NCBI RefSeq assembly: GCF_029027585.1
Contig: NZ_CP093397.1
Location: forward strand, 1,103,405 to 1,167,404
DNA: 64,000 bases
DNA from: Sulfurimonas sp.
Lineage (GTDB): Bacteria > Campylobacterota > Campylobacteria > Campylobacterales > Sulfurimonadaceae
Direction: 5' to 3'
Under the pieces are notes generated by a model. That model worked only from the letters and a program-made list of their open reading frames with translations. It was not told the DNA's origin and made no database searches. The position numbers and the translations under genes were made by a program. Below, in pieces: positions 28,727-39,599 of the stretch. How positions within the stretch are numbered: position 1 is the first letter of the stretch; each line of letters starts with the position of its first letter.

Positions 28727-30137
28727 CGGAACTATTTTACTATTTATTGCACTTATTGGTATTGCTATTTATAGTCTTGTTGGTGGAGATTTTACCTTAG
28801 CTGGAATTATTTTTGCCGTTTTAGTTGCTTCTATTTTAGTTCCTGTAAAAAAAGCAAGTTCTGCTGATGAAACTCTTCTAGATGCTATGCGTAGAGTTCT
28901 TCAAAATATGGGAGAGGGTAATCTTGAAGACCGCATCACAAACATTCCAAATAACAACTCCTCTCTTTCTGCTCGTGCTTGGGCTATTAACAATACACTA
29001 GACCAACTAGAAGCATTTATGCGAGATACTGTGGCTACCATAAATGCTTCTTCAGTTGGAAAAACTTATAGACGAACTCACGCAAGTGGCTTGCATGGAA
29101 CTTTTCATACAACCGCTACAAACTTAAATGGAACTATATCTTCTATTGCATCTAGTTATGAAACAAGAATCAGAGGAGAATTAGGCAGCAAGCTTGCAAA
29201 GTTAGGTGGCGGGATAGGTGCTGGTTTACAAATTATACAAAAAGATATAATTGGTTCACAAGAAGAGTCTGTAGAGATAGCAAAAATTTCACAGCAAACA
29301 GCTCAAAAATCTGAAAATAGTTTAAATAGCGTTGTAACACTTGGCAAAAAACTAAATATTTTAGTTGATTCCATAGCATCTTCACATGAAGGTATCATCT
29401 CTCTTGAACAAAGATCAAGTGAAATCTCTGATGTCGTAAATCTTATCAAAGATATAGCAGACCAAACAAATCTCTTGGCACTAAATGCTGCCATAGAAGC
29501 AGCTCGTGCGGGTGAGCATGGTAGAGGTTTTGCAGTTGTTGCAGATGAAGTTAGAAAATTAGCAGAACGCACACAAAAAGCAACAAATGAGATAGAAATA
29601 AATATCTCAACTCTTCAGCAAGAAACAAACGATATGCGAGTAAATTCTGATAATATTTCTGAGATTGCTCAAAATTCTAGTGAGGTTATTGTTAAATTTG
29701 AAGAAACATTTAAAGAGTTAAACTCTCTTGCTACAAAGGCATCTGGTGCGGCTATTCATATACAAAATAGAATGTTTGCAACTCTAGTTAAAGTTGACCA
29801 TATTCTATTTAAATCAGATGCTTACTCCTCTGTTTTAAACTCTGAAACTGATAAAGTTTTTATTGATCACAAATCATGTCGTATGGGTAAATGGTACTTA
29901 GGTATTGGTCAAGAGCATTTTGGACATACTAAAGCCTTTAGAGATATGGATATTCCGCATGCAAAAGTTCATGATTCTATTCTTAAAGTTCTACCTTTTG
30001 TGAAAGAAAAAACAACTTTAAAATATGATAATCCAAAGAAAATTCATGATACTTTCTCTGTGATGGAAGAAGCATCTGGAGAGTTATTTATTAAACTAGA
30101 TGAGATGTTAAAAGAGTATAACAGAAGCAGCAAATAA
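28695..30137 (+). CDS. Methyl-accepting chemotaxis protein with an N-terminal TM hairpin and a C-terminal CZB zinc-binding domain
   Basis: AAGGAG lies 6 nt upstream of ATG 28695. The signalling hairpin is [38 protein letters not shown]. The C-terminal [10 protein letters not shown]...HAKVHD matches the CZB H-x3-C...H-x2-H pattern. Confidence 0.9.
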   Translation: MMNLSYLFRNNGTILLFIALIGIAIYSLVGGDFTLAGIIFAVLVASILVPVKKASSADETLLDAMRRVLQNMGEGNLEDRITNIPNNNSSLSARAWAINNTLDQLEAFMRDTVATINASSVGKTYRRTHASGLHGTFHTTATNLNGTISSIASSYETRIRGELGSKLAKLGGGIGAGLQIIQKDIIGSQEESVEIAKISQQTAQKSENSLNSVVTLGKKLNILVDSIASSHEGIISLEQRSSEISDVVNLIKDIADQTNLLALNAAIEAARAGEHGRGFAVVADEVRKLAERTQKATNEIEINISTLQQETNDMRVNSDNISEIAQNSSEVIVKFEETFKELNSLATKASGAAIHIQNRMFATLVKVDHILFKSDAYSSVLNSETDKVFIDHKSCRMGKWYLGIGQEHFGHTKAFRDMDIPHAKVHDSILKVLPFVKEKTTLKYDNPKKIHDTFSVMEEASGELFIKLDEMLKEYNRSSK

Positions 30138-30233
30138 TATTTACTTAGTATTTACTTAAACTGCATATACTTTTACATCTCAATTGTGTTTTTCCCTTTC
30201 ACGAGAGAGAATAAAAACTCCTATAAATTTTAA

Positions 30234-30267
30234 ATAGACTAAGTCACTTCCCTTTTACTTAGTCTAT
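30234..30267. other. Perfect 11-bp inverted repeat with a 12-nt loop, between the MCP gene and the radical SAM gene
   Basis: atagactaagt / acttagtctat. It has no clear T-run afterwards, so it could be a terminator or an operator. Confidence 0.4.
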
Positions 30268-30284
30268 TATGTTAAACTCCATTT

Positions 30285-31784
30285 ATGAAAATCATTTTAA
30301 GCACTTTAAATTCAAGATTTACACATACTTCCATCGCTCTTAGATACTTATACGCAAATTTAGAAGAACTACAAGGGGATGCTAAAATATTAGAGTTTAG
30401 TATCAACGATGCCCTTCAATCAATAGCCGAAAAACTTCTTTTTAATTCTCCCGATATTATTGGCATCGGTGTTTATATTTGGAATGCTAAAGAGATTTTT
30501 GAACTCATACATATTTTAAAAAAAATCTCTCCAAAAACTACCATTATTTTAGGTGGTCCTGAGGTTACTCATGAGCCATTTCGAGTAAATTTTGATATGG
30601 CAGACTATATCATTCAAGGTGAAGGCGATATAGCCTTTTATGAGTTGTGTAAAAATATACAAAACAATACTCTCCCTACAAACAAAATCATAAAAATAAA
30701 TCTGCCTTCATTAAAAAATATCAATTTACCCTACAAATACTATACAGATTCAGATATAAAAAACCGTTATGTCTATGTTGAAGTTTCCAGAGGTTGTCCT
30801 TTTTCTTGTGAGTTTTGCCTCTCTTCAATGGACGAGAGAGTTCGAGCCTTTGACTTAGATGAAGTTTTAAATGAGTTTGAAATACTTTGGAGCAGAGGTG
30901 CTAGAAACTTCAAGTTTATAGATAGAACATTTAATCTAAACATAAAAACAGCTAACAAGATTTTAGACTTCTTTTTAGCTAAAGAGCCACCATATTTTGC
31001 TCACTTTGAAGTTATACCTGACCATTTTCCATCATCTATAAAAGATAAAATAAAACGATTCGAAGATGGAGCCTTGCAGCTTGAGATTGGCATCCAAACG
31101 CTAAACCCACAAATCGCAAACAATATTTCAAGAGAATTAAAACTCGATAAAATCAAAGAAAATATAAGTTTTTTAGAGACTGAAACAAACGCTCACATGC
31201 ATCTAGACTTAATAGTTGGTCTTCCAGATGAGAGTTTAGAGAGTTTTGGAGCGAATCTTGATGAGTTGGTAAGGCTTAGTAGTTGTGAGATTCAAATCGG
31301 CATCTTAAAAAAACTCTCAGGTACAGAAATAAATCGCCATGACATAGAGTTTGAGATGGTTTATAGCGATATACCTCCTTATGATATTTTAAAAAATTCA
31401 AGACTTAGTTTTAATGACATTCAAATTATGAAAAGATTTTCAAGGTTTTGGGATTTAACTTATAATAGTGGTAATTTTAAAAAAAGTGTAAAACTACTTT
31501 GGCAAGAGCAAAGCGTGTATGAAAACTTTTATGATTTTTGTATATGGATGTATATACAAACTGATTCGACTTACAAAATCTCACTTCAAAGATTGGGTGA
31601 ACTTTTGTTTAAATATTTAGTAGATGCTAAAGGCTTAAACCAAGAGAATGTGGCACAAGAGATGCTCGAAGATATGATGAAGCTAAAAGGAAGAGCAATC
31701 CCAAGCTACTTAAAGCCTTTTTCGCAAGAGTTTAATGTAAAAGCAAAAATGGGAAGTGCTGGTTTTAACAAGAGACAACTTTAG
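30285..31784 (+). CDS. B12-binding-domain radical SAM protein (DUF4080-type C-terminus)
   Basis: An N-terminal Rossmann-like B12-binding region, then the radical SAM cluster CPFSCEFC. Confidence 0.8.
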   Translation: MKIILSTLNSRFTHTSIALRYLYANLEELQGDAKILEFSINDALQSIAEKLLFNSPDIIGIGVYIWNAKEIFELIHILKKISPKTTIILGGPEVTHEPFRVNFDMADYIIQGEGDIAFYELCKNIQNNTLPTNKIIKINLPSLKNINLPYKYYTDSDIKNRYVYVEVSRGCPFSCEFCLSSMDERVRAFDLDEVLNEFEILWSRGARNFKFIDRTFNLNIKTANKILDFFLAKEPPYFAHFEVIPDHFPSSIKDKIKRFEDGALQLEIGIQTLNPQIANNISRELKLDKIKENISFLETETNAHMHLDLIVGLPDESLESFGANLDELVRLSSCEIQIGILKKLSGTEINRHDIEFEMVYSDIPPYDILKNSRLSFNDIQIMKRFSRFWDLTYNSGNFKKSVKLLWQEQSVYENFYDFCIWMYIQTDSTYKISLQRLGELLFKYLVDAKGLNQENVAQEMLEDMMKLKGRAIPSYLKPFSQEFNVKAKMGSAGFNKRQL

Positions 31785-31797
31785 ATATAATTGTCTT

Positions 31798-32442
31798 ATG
31801 AGTATCTTAAAAGTTTTTATATTTTTATCACTAATGTTTGTATCTGTATCATTTGCAGACAAGCCCTATGTAGAGAAATCTCTCTTAAATAAAATAGGTA
31901 AAAAATATAAGGTATTTGCTAAAAAAAGGTTCTTTTATCTTCAAAAAACTCTGGATTCTGTTAAAGGTAAAAGTGAACTTGCCAAGCTAAATGCTGTAAA
32001 TAAATTTTACAATGAAGTTAGATATGCATCTGATATAAAAGTTTATAGAAAAAAAGATTATTGGGCTACTCCTTGGGAGTTTTTGGGTAAGGATATGGGT
32101 GACTGTGAAGATTATGTCATTAGTAAATATTTTGCACTTAGATATTTAGGCGTAGACTCTAAAAAGCTTTTTTTTACTTATGTTCGTTCTAGTAAGTTTA
32201 AACAGGCTCACATGGTTTTAACATACTTTAAAACCCCAAGAAGTGAGCCTCTTATTTTAGACAACAACAACCAAAAGATTTTCCCTGCTTCTAAGAGAAA
32301 AGATTTAACTCCTATTTATAACTTCAATGGAGAGAGTCTTTACAAAGCTAGTAAAACGGGAAAAGGTAAAAAAGTAAAAAGTAAAAAAGCCCATAAAAAA
32401 TGGGATCAACTAAAACTCAACATGAAAAGGAAAAAAATCTAA
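31798..32442 (+). CDS. Periplasmic transglutaminase-like cysteine protease (BTLCP, LapG-like)
   Basis: ATG 31798 gives a signal peptide (MSILKVFIFLSLMFVSVSFA). Catalytic context is GDCEDYVISKYFALRYLG, with AHMVL and ILDNN. Confidence 0.8.
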   Translation: MSILKVFIFLSLMFVSVSFADKPYVEKSLLNKIGKKYKVFAKKRFFYLQKTLDSVKGKSELAKLNAVNKFYNEVRYASDIKVYRKKDYWATPWEFLGKDMGDCEDYVISKYFALRYLGVDSKKLFFTYVRSSKFKQAHMVLTYFKTPRSEPLILDNNNQKIFPASKRKDLTPIYNFNGESLYKASKTGKGKKVKSKKAHKKWDQLKLNMKRKKI

Positions 32443-32443
32443 T

Positions 32444-33724
32444 TTAAAATGTATAAGTTATAGATGCTTTATAATAATCATAATCTTGATTCTTACTTTT
32501 ATCTGTATTAGCTCTAATAGCTTCATATAACAAACTTACACTTAAATTATTAATATACTTTATATCATGACCATAGATAACATATAGTACATCTTCACTA
32601 TTTTCTAAAGCTTCATTACGAGAATTAAATATCACATAATGAACACTAAACTTTCCATAACTAGAGTCATGAGATAGTCCTGTTTTTATTGCTTGCACAC
32701 CTGAAACATTATAAGTTGTAACAATAGCCTCTTGTGAGAAAACATACTCAGGATATCCACCCCATTTACCATGTATAGTAGGAAGACTATCTTTCAAATC
32801 AGTACTATGATATGCTAGTATTAATTTTGTATCGTATATATCTATCGCTGACATAAAACCATACACACTATAATCAACTTTTTCTTCTTTTATTCCACTA
32901 GCCCATTGGTTATACTTAGATGCAGAATGTACTTGCCAATATTGTACACCTAATGTCAAACCAAATTTACCAATTTTAGTATCGTACATTCCTTCTAGGT
33001 AATATATATCCACCAAATCATGTGCTTTGTAATACCATGCTTCTAAAACTGTATCAGTGATGCCGTAGTAAATAACAGAAGCTAAACTCACTCCTTTATT
33101 ATATTGCTCAACACCGTTTTTTGAAGATGTGATACCTGCTGCTTGAGTCATGGATACAAATGTTGTAATATCTCCATAAGAATCCCAACCAGACATTTTT
33201 GATACATGACCAATAGTTATCTTAGTATCACTAATATCACTATTGGTAAACATATAAGCTTCATAAAGATTTGGGATGATACTGCCATCATCCCCATCTA
33301 TAAAAGGTGTAGCTAAATATTGACGACCTACTTTAAGAGTAGAATTTTTATTTTTATACTCTAAATATGCTTGACCAAGTATTGTATAACTACTATCCCC
33401 ATACAATAAGCTCGTATTTGTAAGTTTTTTGGGTTCTGTACTAAAAGGCTCATCACTTCCTGTAGCTTTATTTGTTGTATAAGCCATGGCTCCAAGACTA
33501 AATCCATAAAGAGGTGCTGTCTTTAAACCAAAACTTCCACCAATAGCTGAACCTTCAGCATCTTCACCCTCTTCATTAGAGTTTTTTACAACATACTTAT
33601 AGCGAATTTCCCCCTCAACTTTAGCATTTTTAAAAGCACTTTGTAAACTATCTTCTGCCATAGAAGCTGTAAAAGTACAAGACACTATTATCAGCATTGC
33701 AAAAAATAATTTAATAAATTTCAT
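32444..33724 (-). CDS. OprD-family-like outer-membrane porin
   Basis: Signal peptide, KVGRQYLATPFIDGDDGSIIPNLYEAY, and a C-terminal ...ITYTF. Confidence 0.65.
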   Translation of the reverse strand: MKFIKLFFAMLIIVSCTFTASMAEDSLQSAFKNAKVEGEIRYKYVVKNSNEEGEDAEGSAIGGSFGLKTAPLYGFSLGAMAYTTNKATGSDEPFSTEPKKLTNTSLLYGDSSYTILGQAYLEYKNKNSTLKVGRQYLATPFIDGDDGSIIPNLYEAYMFTNSDISDTKITIGHVSKMSGWDSYGDITTFVSMTQAAGITSSKNGVEQYNKGVSLASVIYYGITDTVLEAWYYKAHDLVDIYYLEGMYDTKIGKFGLTLGVQYWQVHSASKYNQWASGIKEEKVDYSVYGFMSAIDIYDTKLILAYHSTDLKDSLPTIHGKWGGYPEYVFSQEAIVTTYNVSGVQAIKTGLSHDSSYGKFSVHYVIFNSRNEALENSEDVLYVIYGHDIKYINNLSVSLLYEAIRANTDKSKNQDYDYYKASITYTF

Positions 33725-33803
33725 TTATTGTTTCTTTTAAACTCTTTAAGAACATAATTATCTATAGCCCCGCTATGTATGAATACAACTGACTCTTTTT
33801 GAA

Positions 33804-35000
33804 TCACTTTATACTCTTTTGAAAAATAACTTTAGTACTGTATGGTTTCCATGAATCAAGTGGACGGAATCTATGGATAGTACCTTTTATCTTTGAAGAA
33901 TTTACATCCACTTTTAAATAGTTGTACTCTTCAAACCTGTCTTTTGTACCCCAGTAAAGTTCTTTTTCTTTTGATGGATTTTTAGCAAGTTCCATTTTTT
34001 GTGGTGCACCACTTCCACCAATAACCTGATAGTTGATTCCATCTACAACATAATGCTCAGTGGTATGAACATGGCTACTAAAAACAAATATACTTAAGTC
34101 CTTAGAATATTGTTTTAAAATTTTATGTGGACTTTGCTCTTTTGGTAATGGATTATGACCAATCTTATTAAAAGATGGCTTATGGTATGTGACAAAAACA
34201 TGCTCTATATTATCTCTTTTTGCCTCTTCTAATTTATCTTTTAAATATTTCATTTGTGTACTGAAATCTGGATGTTTACTTCCCCATCTTTCCTTACCAT
34301 TTACATAACCACCGCTATCTAAAAATATAAAACTGTTATTATCATAAATAAAACTATAGATACGGTTCTCAACACTAAAACCAAACTCTTCTAACCACGG
34401 GAATGTTGACCTAAATCCAGTAATTTTCTCTTCACTGCCCCAAACTTCATGGTTACCTATAACAGGAAATAACTTCGACTCATCAGGTAGTCTCATTAAA
34501 AGTTCATCATTGAAAAGTTGATAGTATGGATTGGAATTTAAATGTTCACCTTGAAAAGAAAAAAGTTGAATATCACCACCATGGATAATAAAAGAAGATT
34601 TTTCTCTTCTCATAGTAGAAATAATCTGATTATTAACCCATTTTCTACCTGAATCACGCATCATTATCTGACTTTTTTTACTTTTCTTATCTACAAATAT
34701 AAGTGCTTTTACCCAACCACTTTCATATTTCATGAGAATACTATATGTTTGCATGTCTATCTTTACCTGAATAAGCTCCAAGCCTAAATCATCAAAATTT
34801 AATTCAATATCTTTCTTATCACAGTTATATCGTTTTTGAATTATCTCTATAATTTGTGGTGTTTGCTCCTTCCCACCCGTTAAGTATGGTTCAGTTCTCG
34901 TATCTCCCATGACTATAAATGAAAACTCTTTAGCTTCAAGAGAGAGAACTAGATGACCAGCTAACATAAAAACCATAATATAATTAATCAAGACATTCAT
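33804..35000 (-). CDS. Exported calcineurin-like metallophosphoesterase
   Basis: N-terminal signal/anchor. Motifs are MGDTR, HGGD, GNHE and SSHVH. Confidence 0.8.
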   Translation of the reverse strand: MNVLINYIMVFMLAGHLVLSLEAKEFSFIVMGDTRTEPYLTGGKEQTPQIIEIIQKRYNCDKKDIELNFDDLGLELIQVKIDMQTYSILMKYESGWVKALIFVDKKSKKSQIMMRDSGRKWVNNQIISTMRREKSSFIIHGGDIQLFSFQGEHLNSNPYYQLFNDELLMRLPDESKLFPVIGNHEVWGSEEKITGFRSTFPWLEEFGFSVENRIYSFIYDNNSFIFLDSGGYVNGKERWGSKHPDFSTQMKYLKDKLEEAKRDNIEHVFVTYHKPSFNKIGHNPLPKEQSPHKILKQYSKDLSIFVFSSHVHTTEHYVVDGINYQVIGGSGAPQKMELAKNPSKEKELYWGTKDRFEEYNYLKVDVNSSKIKGTIHRFRPLDSWKPYSTKVIFQKSIK

Positions 35001-35947
35001 AATGCCCCCAATAAAAGTGGAATTGTAAGAATGCTAAATATAGTAGTAATAAATACAAGTTTAGAAGCCAATTCAGCGTCACATCCATATCTTTTTGCTA
35101 AAACTACACTTAACATCGCTGATGGCATAGCAGATTCTATCATTACTACTTCTAGTTGTGAACTACTTAAGTCTAAACTAAAAGAGGCTATCCAGACTAA
35201 AAGTGGGCTAACTAATAATTTTAGTAAAACCACTACAATAGCCAAGGATATAATAGAACGAAGACTATTAAACTGAAGTATCACACCAACCGTTAAGGCT
35301 ACAAAAAAGGTATTTGCTTTACTTATTAGAGATATAGCATCAAAAATCTCTTTAATAATTGGGATTTGAGTTGGTAAATTTAATAATGAGTATGCTAATC
35401 CTGCGATAATAGATAAAAATATTGGTGATATTAAAAATATGCTTATAATTTGCAATGGTGTCTGCTTTTGGGATGTGTTTGTTCCAAAATATACAGCTAC
35501 CATTGTACCTATAGTAAAAAACCCTATTCCGACACCAAGTTCCGAAATCAATACCGCTTCGGAAAGAGCTTTTACATTTGATGGAAAAACTTCTCCAATA
35601 ACGGCATAACCAAGTAAAGCGGAACTTCCAAAAGCTGATACAATCATCAGAGTTCCTAATTTCTCATTGCTTATATTTAGTCTTATTCCAATAAACCAAG
35701 CCATCAGCAAAACCAATATCTCACTCAACAACACAAAGAGTATAGCTAGTGCATATTCCCATTCTAGTGCCTTAGAGTGGGACATTACAGAAAATATGAC
35801 CGCTGGAAGTGTTATATGTGTAACAATTTTAGAAAAAAGCATGCCATCTTCTTTTTTCAATACACCGCTAAAACGAAACAATACAACAATACAGATAAGC
35901 ATAACCAATACGGAAATTGATGAAAAAGTTTCTAAGTATTTATCCAT
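34997..35947 (-). CDS. AEC (auxin efflux carrier) family transporter
   Basis: About 10 TM, 316 aa. It has the AEC-like N-terminus (...FSKIVTHITLPAVIF...) and two homologous halves. Confidence 0.75.
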   Translation of the reverse strand: MDKYLETFSSISVLVMLICIVVLFRFSGVLKKEDGMLFSKIVTHITLPAVIFSVMSHSKALEWEYALAILFVLLSEILVLLMAWFIGIRLNISNEKLGTLMIVSAFGSSALLGYAVIGEVFPSNVKALSEAVLISELGVGIGFFTIGTMVAVYFGTNTSQKQTPLQIISIFLISPIFLSIIAGLAYSLLNLPTQIPIIKEIFDAISLISKANTFFVALTVGVILQFNSLRSIISLAIVVVLLKLLVSPLLVWIASFSLDLSSSQLEVVMIESAMPSAMLSVVLAKRYGCDAELASKLVFITTIFSILTIPLLLGAL

Positions 35948-36554
35948 GATTTGTATTCCTTAAATTGGTTTTTGTGAAACTAATAATATAATCTTTAAAA
36001 TAAAAAAAATCGCCTATCTCGTTTGTGACAGTTTTTGGATTAATGTAAAGTCCATCTCCCATAGCTTTAAGTAAAGACTCTTTAGATGTCCACATTTTGT
36101 AAAAGTAATTATCTCTATCTTTTTTTGTCAAAGTATTAAACTTCGAGAGTTGTATTGTATTCATAAACTCCGCGGCTATACTCTTAGATACTATAGATGG
36201 TTCCATAAACTCTATATCTACTCCTACTGTAGCATTTGTAGATAATGCGACAGCTATTAAATTTTTAGAATAAGAGATACTAAAATCAACTTTCGAATGT
36301 TTAAACTTTGGTCTTTTCTTATTAGTGTAAATAAAAGAAAAATCTTTTAAACCATATTTCTTTGCGCAATGCTCAAAAAGAAAAGTTCTTGCTAAGTATC
36401 TCTTAATCTTGTCTATGTCTTGTTTATACTTTTGTATCTTGTCTAGCTGTTCGTTAGGAATTATAGAAGTGTCAACCATAGAACTATTTTGCTCTATGGC
36501 AAAGACAAATATTTCATAATTTTCATCACTATAAACTTTTTCTAAAGCATTCAT
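35940..36554 (-). CDS. Sfp-type 4'-phosphopantetheinyl transferase
   Basis: VGVDIE and WTSKESLLKAMG motifs. 204 aa. It lies directly downstream of the carrier-protein-containing enzyme. Confidence 0.8.
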   Translation of the reverse strand: MNALEKVYSDENYEIFVFAIEQNSSMVDTSIIPNEQLDKIQKYKQDIDKIKRYLARTFLFEHCAKKYGLKDFSFIYTNKKRPKFKHSKVDFSISYSKNLIAVALSTNATVGVDIEFMEPSIVSKSIAAEFMNTIQLSKFNTLTKKDRDNYFYKMWTSKESLLKAMGDGLYINPKTVTNEIGDFFYFKDYIISFTKTNLRNTNHG

Positions 36555-36559
36555 AGCTA

Positions 36560-39553
36560 TTAAATATTTAGTGCTTTGTTGAAAGTTTTATCAAAAGCAT
36601 TACCCAGTAACTCTTCATAATTATCATCAAAGTGTACATCATACTTTTTAAGTTCACTCTGTGCTAATGAAGTATCAAAGTGCATAAGTTCTTCACTTGC
36701 ATCATCTTGAAAATATAGTCTTAATGGAAAGAGTGGACTTGTCTCTTTTAGAGGAACTATAACCCTCGTTTTCCATTCATCAAAAGGAATAATTTCTATT
36801 TTTTTATTTGTAATTGAGCCAAGTAAACTGACATACTCTTTAAGTGAAATCTCATTTTGATTTGAAAGATTTAACATCATTTTATTAGATTCGCCTAAAC
36901 TCACACTAACTATTGCCTTTGCTAGTTGATTTACAGGAACCGCTTCAAATACAAAACCTAAATCAGGGGCTAAACCTGTATCTACATAAGCTCTCATCAT
37001 CAAAAGTGCAAAGTTACTATTTAGTGGGCTTGAAACACCTGTTTTTGTATTTAAAAAGATATTACCAGGTCTTAAAATTAGTCCACTCATTCCTCTATCA
37101 AAAGCTTGTTTTAATAAGCGTTCAGAAACCCACTTAGTTAGAGCATATCCACCAAAAAAATCTGCTGGGGTTTCACTCACTTTTGTCTCATATCCAACTC
37201 CATCAGCATTACTTTGACTTATTGCACTCTCTGTTGAAATATAAGAAATTTTCTTTTCTTTGCCATTCATAGCAATCTTTATAAACTCGATAGTACTTAG
37301 ACTATTAGAAGTTTTTAATTTAGAGTATCCATACATGTGGTTTACAGCCGCTGCGCAGTGAATAATATGTGTAGCATTATTTACTATAAATGCATAATCA
37401 TCTTCATTAATTCCTAGTTTTTCTTTAGAAATATCACCAGATATTGTATGAATTCTATCACTAAATTTTAAGGCGTCTTCTAGTTTTAATTTTTCTAATG
37501 CATGTAATTGTTGCTTATGTAGAGAAATATTTTCATGACTTCTTAGTAAACAATATATGTCAGCAGAAGTTTTTTCTAACAATTCCAAGAGCACATGCGC
37601 ACCTAAGTAACCCATAGAACCGGTAAGTAATATCACATCTTTAGACGCCTTGGAAGTATCACTCCAATTTGGAAATATACTCTTATCAAGTATGGAATCT
37701 CTCTTTGCGTTTACAAACTCATCATTGTGGTCAAACTGACCACCATGCTCATCGATAGATGTTGCTAAACCTTCAATTGTTGGCATCTCAAAAAAGGTAT
37801 TAAGGGAAAATGGTTTGTTTATCTTACTTCTAATTCCAGCATAAACAGTTGCTAGTAAAATAGATGAACCACCAAGTTCAAAAAAGTTATCCTTTATTCC
37901 AAATTCTGTTCGTCCTAAACACTCTGACCATACGCCATAGATAATTTTTTGTGTTTGAGTTTGAGGTTGGACTATATTATCACAAGCTATTTCTTTAAAA
38001 ACTGGGTCTGGAAGATTTTTTCTATCAATTTTACCGCGTTGTGTAACTGGTAATTTATCTAAAAGCACTATCTCTGTTGGAACTGAATACGCTGGCATCT
38101 TAGATTTAAGATAAAGCATATACTCAGATAAAAAGAAGTTGTCTTTTTGATTTTTTTCTAGCTGTATATAAGCAACAAGTATTTTTTCACTCTTATATTT
38201 AACCATCTTAATAGCGGCATTAGCAACACTTTCATGAGAAACTAGTACATTTTCTATACCGTCAAGTTCTAAACGAAATCCACGAAATTTAATCTGTCTA
38301 TCTGCACGACCTGAAAACTTCAAACTACCATCATCATCAAAATGAACTAAGTCACCTGTACGATAAAGCATATCTGTAGGATTACTAGTAAATGGATTAA
38401 CTATAAAATGCTCTGCTGTTTTTTCTGGCAAATTCAAATAACCTCTAGCTAACCTATGTCCACCTATATATAGTTCACCTGTTTCTTTTGGAGCAACTGG
38501 TTTTTGCTCATTATCTAGCACATATAAAACAGTATCTGCAAGAGCCTTTCCTACAGGTAGAGGGGAATGCTCATCTTCAAGCTCTCTTACAATATGAAAA
38601 GTTGCAAGTATCCCAGCCTCTGTTGGTCCATAACCATTGATAAATGCATCTGGACGACCATCATCATTATTTAAAACTTTATATACAGTTTTTGGATTTA
38701 CAACATCTCCGCCAGAAAGTAGATATTTTACTTTTTTAAACATTCCAGCTCTAAAAGCTACAAGTTGATCAAAAAGAGCAGATGTAACCCACATAACAGT
38801 AATATCATGATGATCTAAAAAGTTAGCATACTCTTCAGGATTTATAATTACTTCATAGTCTATACAAACAAGTGTTGCTGAGTTAAGCAGTGCTGTCCAT
38901 ATCTCAAAAGAAGCCGCATCAAAAGCGATACTACTAGATGATAAAACATTATCACTAGACTCCATAGTAAGATAATGAGGACTTCTAATCAGCCCTGTTA
39001 TGCCCATATGAGGCATTAACACACCTTTTGGTTTACCAGTTGAACCTGATGTAAAAAATACACACGCTATATTATGTCCACCAATATGAAGATGTTTTCT
39101 CTCATCCGAATAACTATCAATATTTTCAACTTCTCTAATACTAATAGAGTTAGGAAAATCAAAATTTTTACTATATTTATCATCTATAATCATTAGTTTT
39201 GGATTTACATCTTCAATAATCATCTTATGTCTAGTTGATGGTTCTTTTGTATCTATAGGAACATAAGTACCACCACACTTTAAGATGGCTAAAATAGAGA
39301 TAATAAAGTCAATTCCTCTATCATAAACCACACAAACCATATCTCCACTCTCTATATTGTGAACTTGATTCAAATATTTTGCATAACGGTTTGAAAGTAG
39401 GTCTAATTCTCTATATGTAATTGAGTTTTCATTGTGAACTACAGCAAGATTATCTGGTGCTAAATGTGCAGCTTTTGCAAATAGCCATGAAAGTTCTTGA
39501 GGATCATTAAGTGTAAGGTCAGCGTGTTTTATATCTAACATTATTTTCTCCAA
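36560..39553 (-). CDS. NRPS-like single-module enzyme: adenylation, thiolation, thioester reductase (A-T-R)
   Basis: A3 FFTSGSTGKPKGV, A5 NGYGPTE, A7 YRTGDL, A8 GRADRQIKFRGFRLEL and A10 GKIDRK. The carrier motif is FFELGGSS. The reductase has LLTGSMGYLGAHV (Rossmann) and GGYALTKWVSE (YxxxK). No condensation domain is present. Confidence 0.9.
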   Translation of the reverse strand: MEKIMLDIKHADLTLNDPQELSWLFAKAAHLAPDNLAVVHNENSITYRELDLLSNRYAKYLNQVHNIESGDMVCVVYDRGIDFIISILAILKCGGTYVPIDTKEPSTRHKMIIEDVNPKLMIIDDKYSKNFDFPNSISIREVENIDSYSDERKHLHIGGHNIACVFFTSGSTGKPKGVLMPHMGITGLIRSPHYLTMESSDNVLSSSSIAFDAASFEIWTALLNSATLVCIDYEVIINPEEYANFLDHHDITVMWVTSALFDQLVAFRAGMFKKVKYLLSGGDVVNPKTVYKVLNNDDGRPDAFINGYGPTEAGILATFHIVRELEDEHSPLPVGKALADTVLYVLDNEQKPVAPKETGELYIGGHRLARGYLNLPEKTAEHFIVNPFTSNPTDMLYRTGDLVHFDDDGSLKFSGRADRQIKFRGFRLELDGIENVLVSHESVANAAIKMVKYKSEKILVAYIQLEKNQKDNFFLSEYMLYLKSKMPAYSVPTEIVLLDKLPVTQRGKIDRKNLPDPVFKEIACDNIVQPQTQTQKIIYGVWSECLGRTEFGIKDNFFELGGSSILLATVYAGIRSKINKPFSLNTFFEMPTIEGLATSIDEHGGQFDHNDEFVNAKRDSILDKSIFPNWSDTSKASKDVILLTGSMGYLGAHVLLELLEKTSADIYCLLRSHENISLHKQQLHALEKLKLEDALKFSDRIHTISGDISKEKLGINEDDYAFIVNNATHIIHCAAAVNHMYGYSKLKTSNSLSTIEFIKIAMNGKEKKISYISTESAISQSNADGVGYETKVSETPADFFGGYALTKWVSERLLKQAFDRGMSGLILRPGNIFLNTKTGVSSPLNSNFALLMMRAYVDTGLAPDLGFVFEAVPVNQLAKAIVSVSLGESNKMMLNLSNQNEISLKEYVSLLGSITNKKIEIIPFDEWKTRVIVPLKETSPLFPLRLYFQDDASEELMHFDTSLAQSELKKYDVHFDDNYEELLGNAFDKTFNKALNI

Positions 39554-39599
39554 TTTTAAATTATTTTTAGTATCTATATCTTAAGTAACAATTATACTA

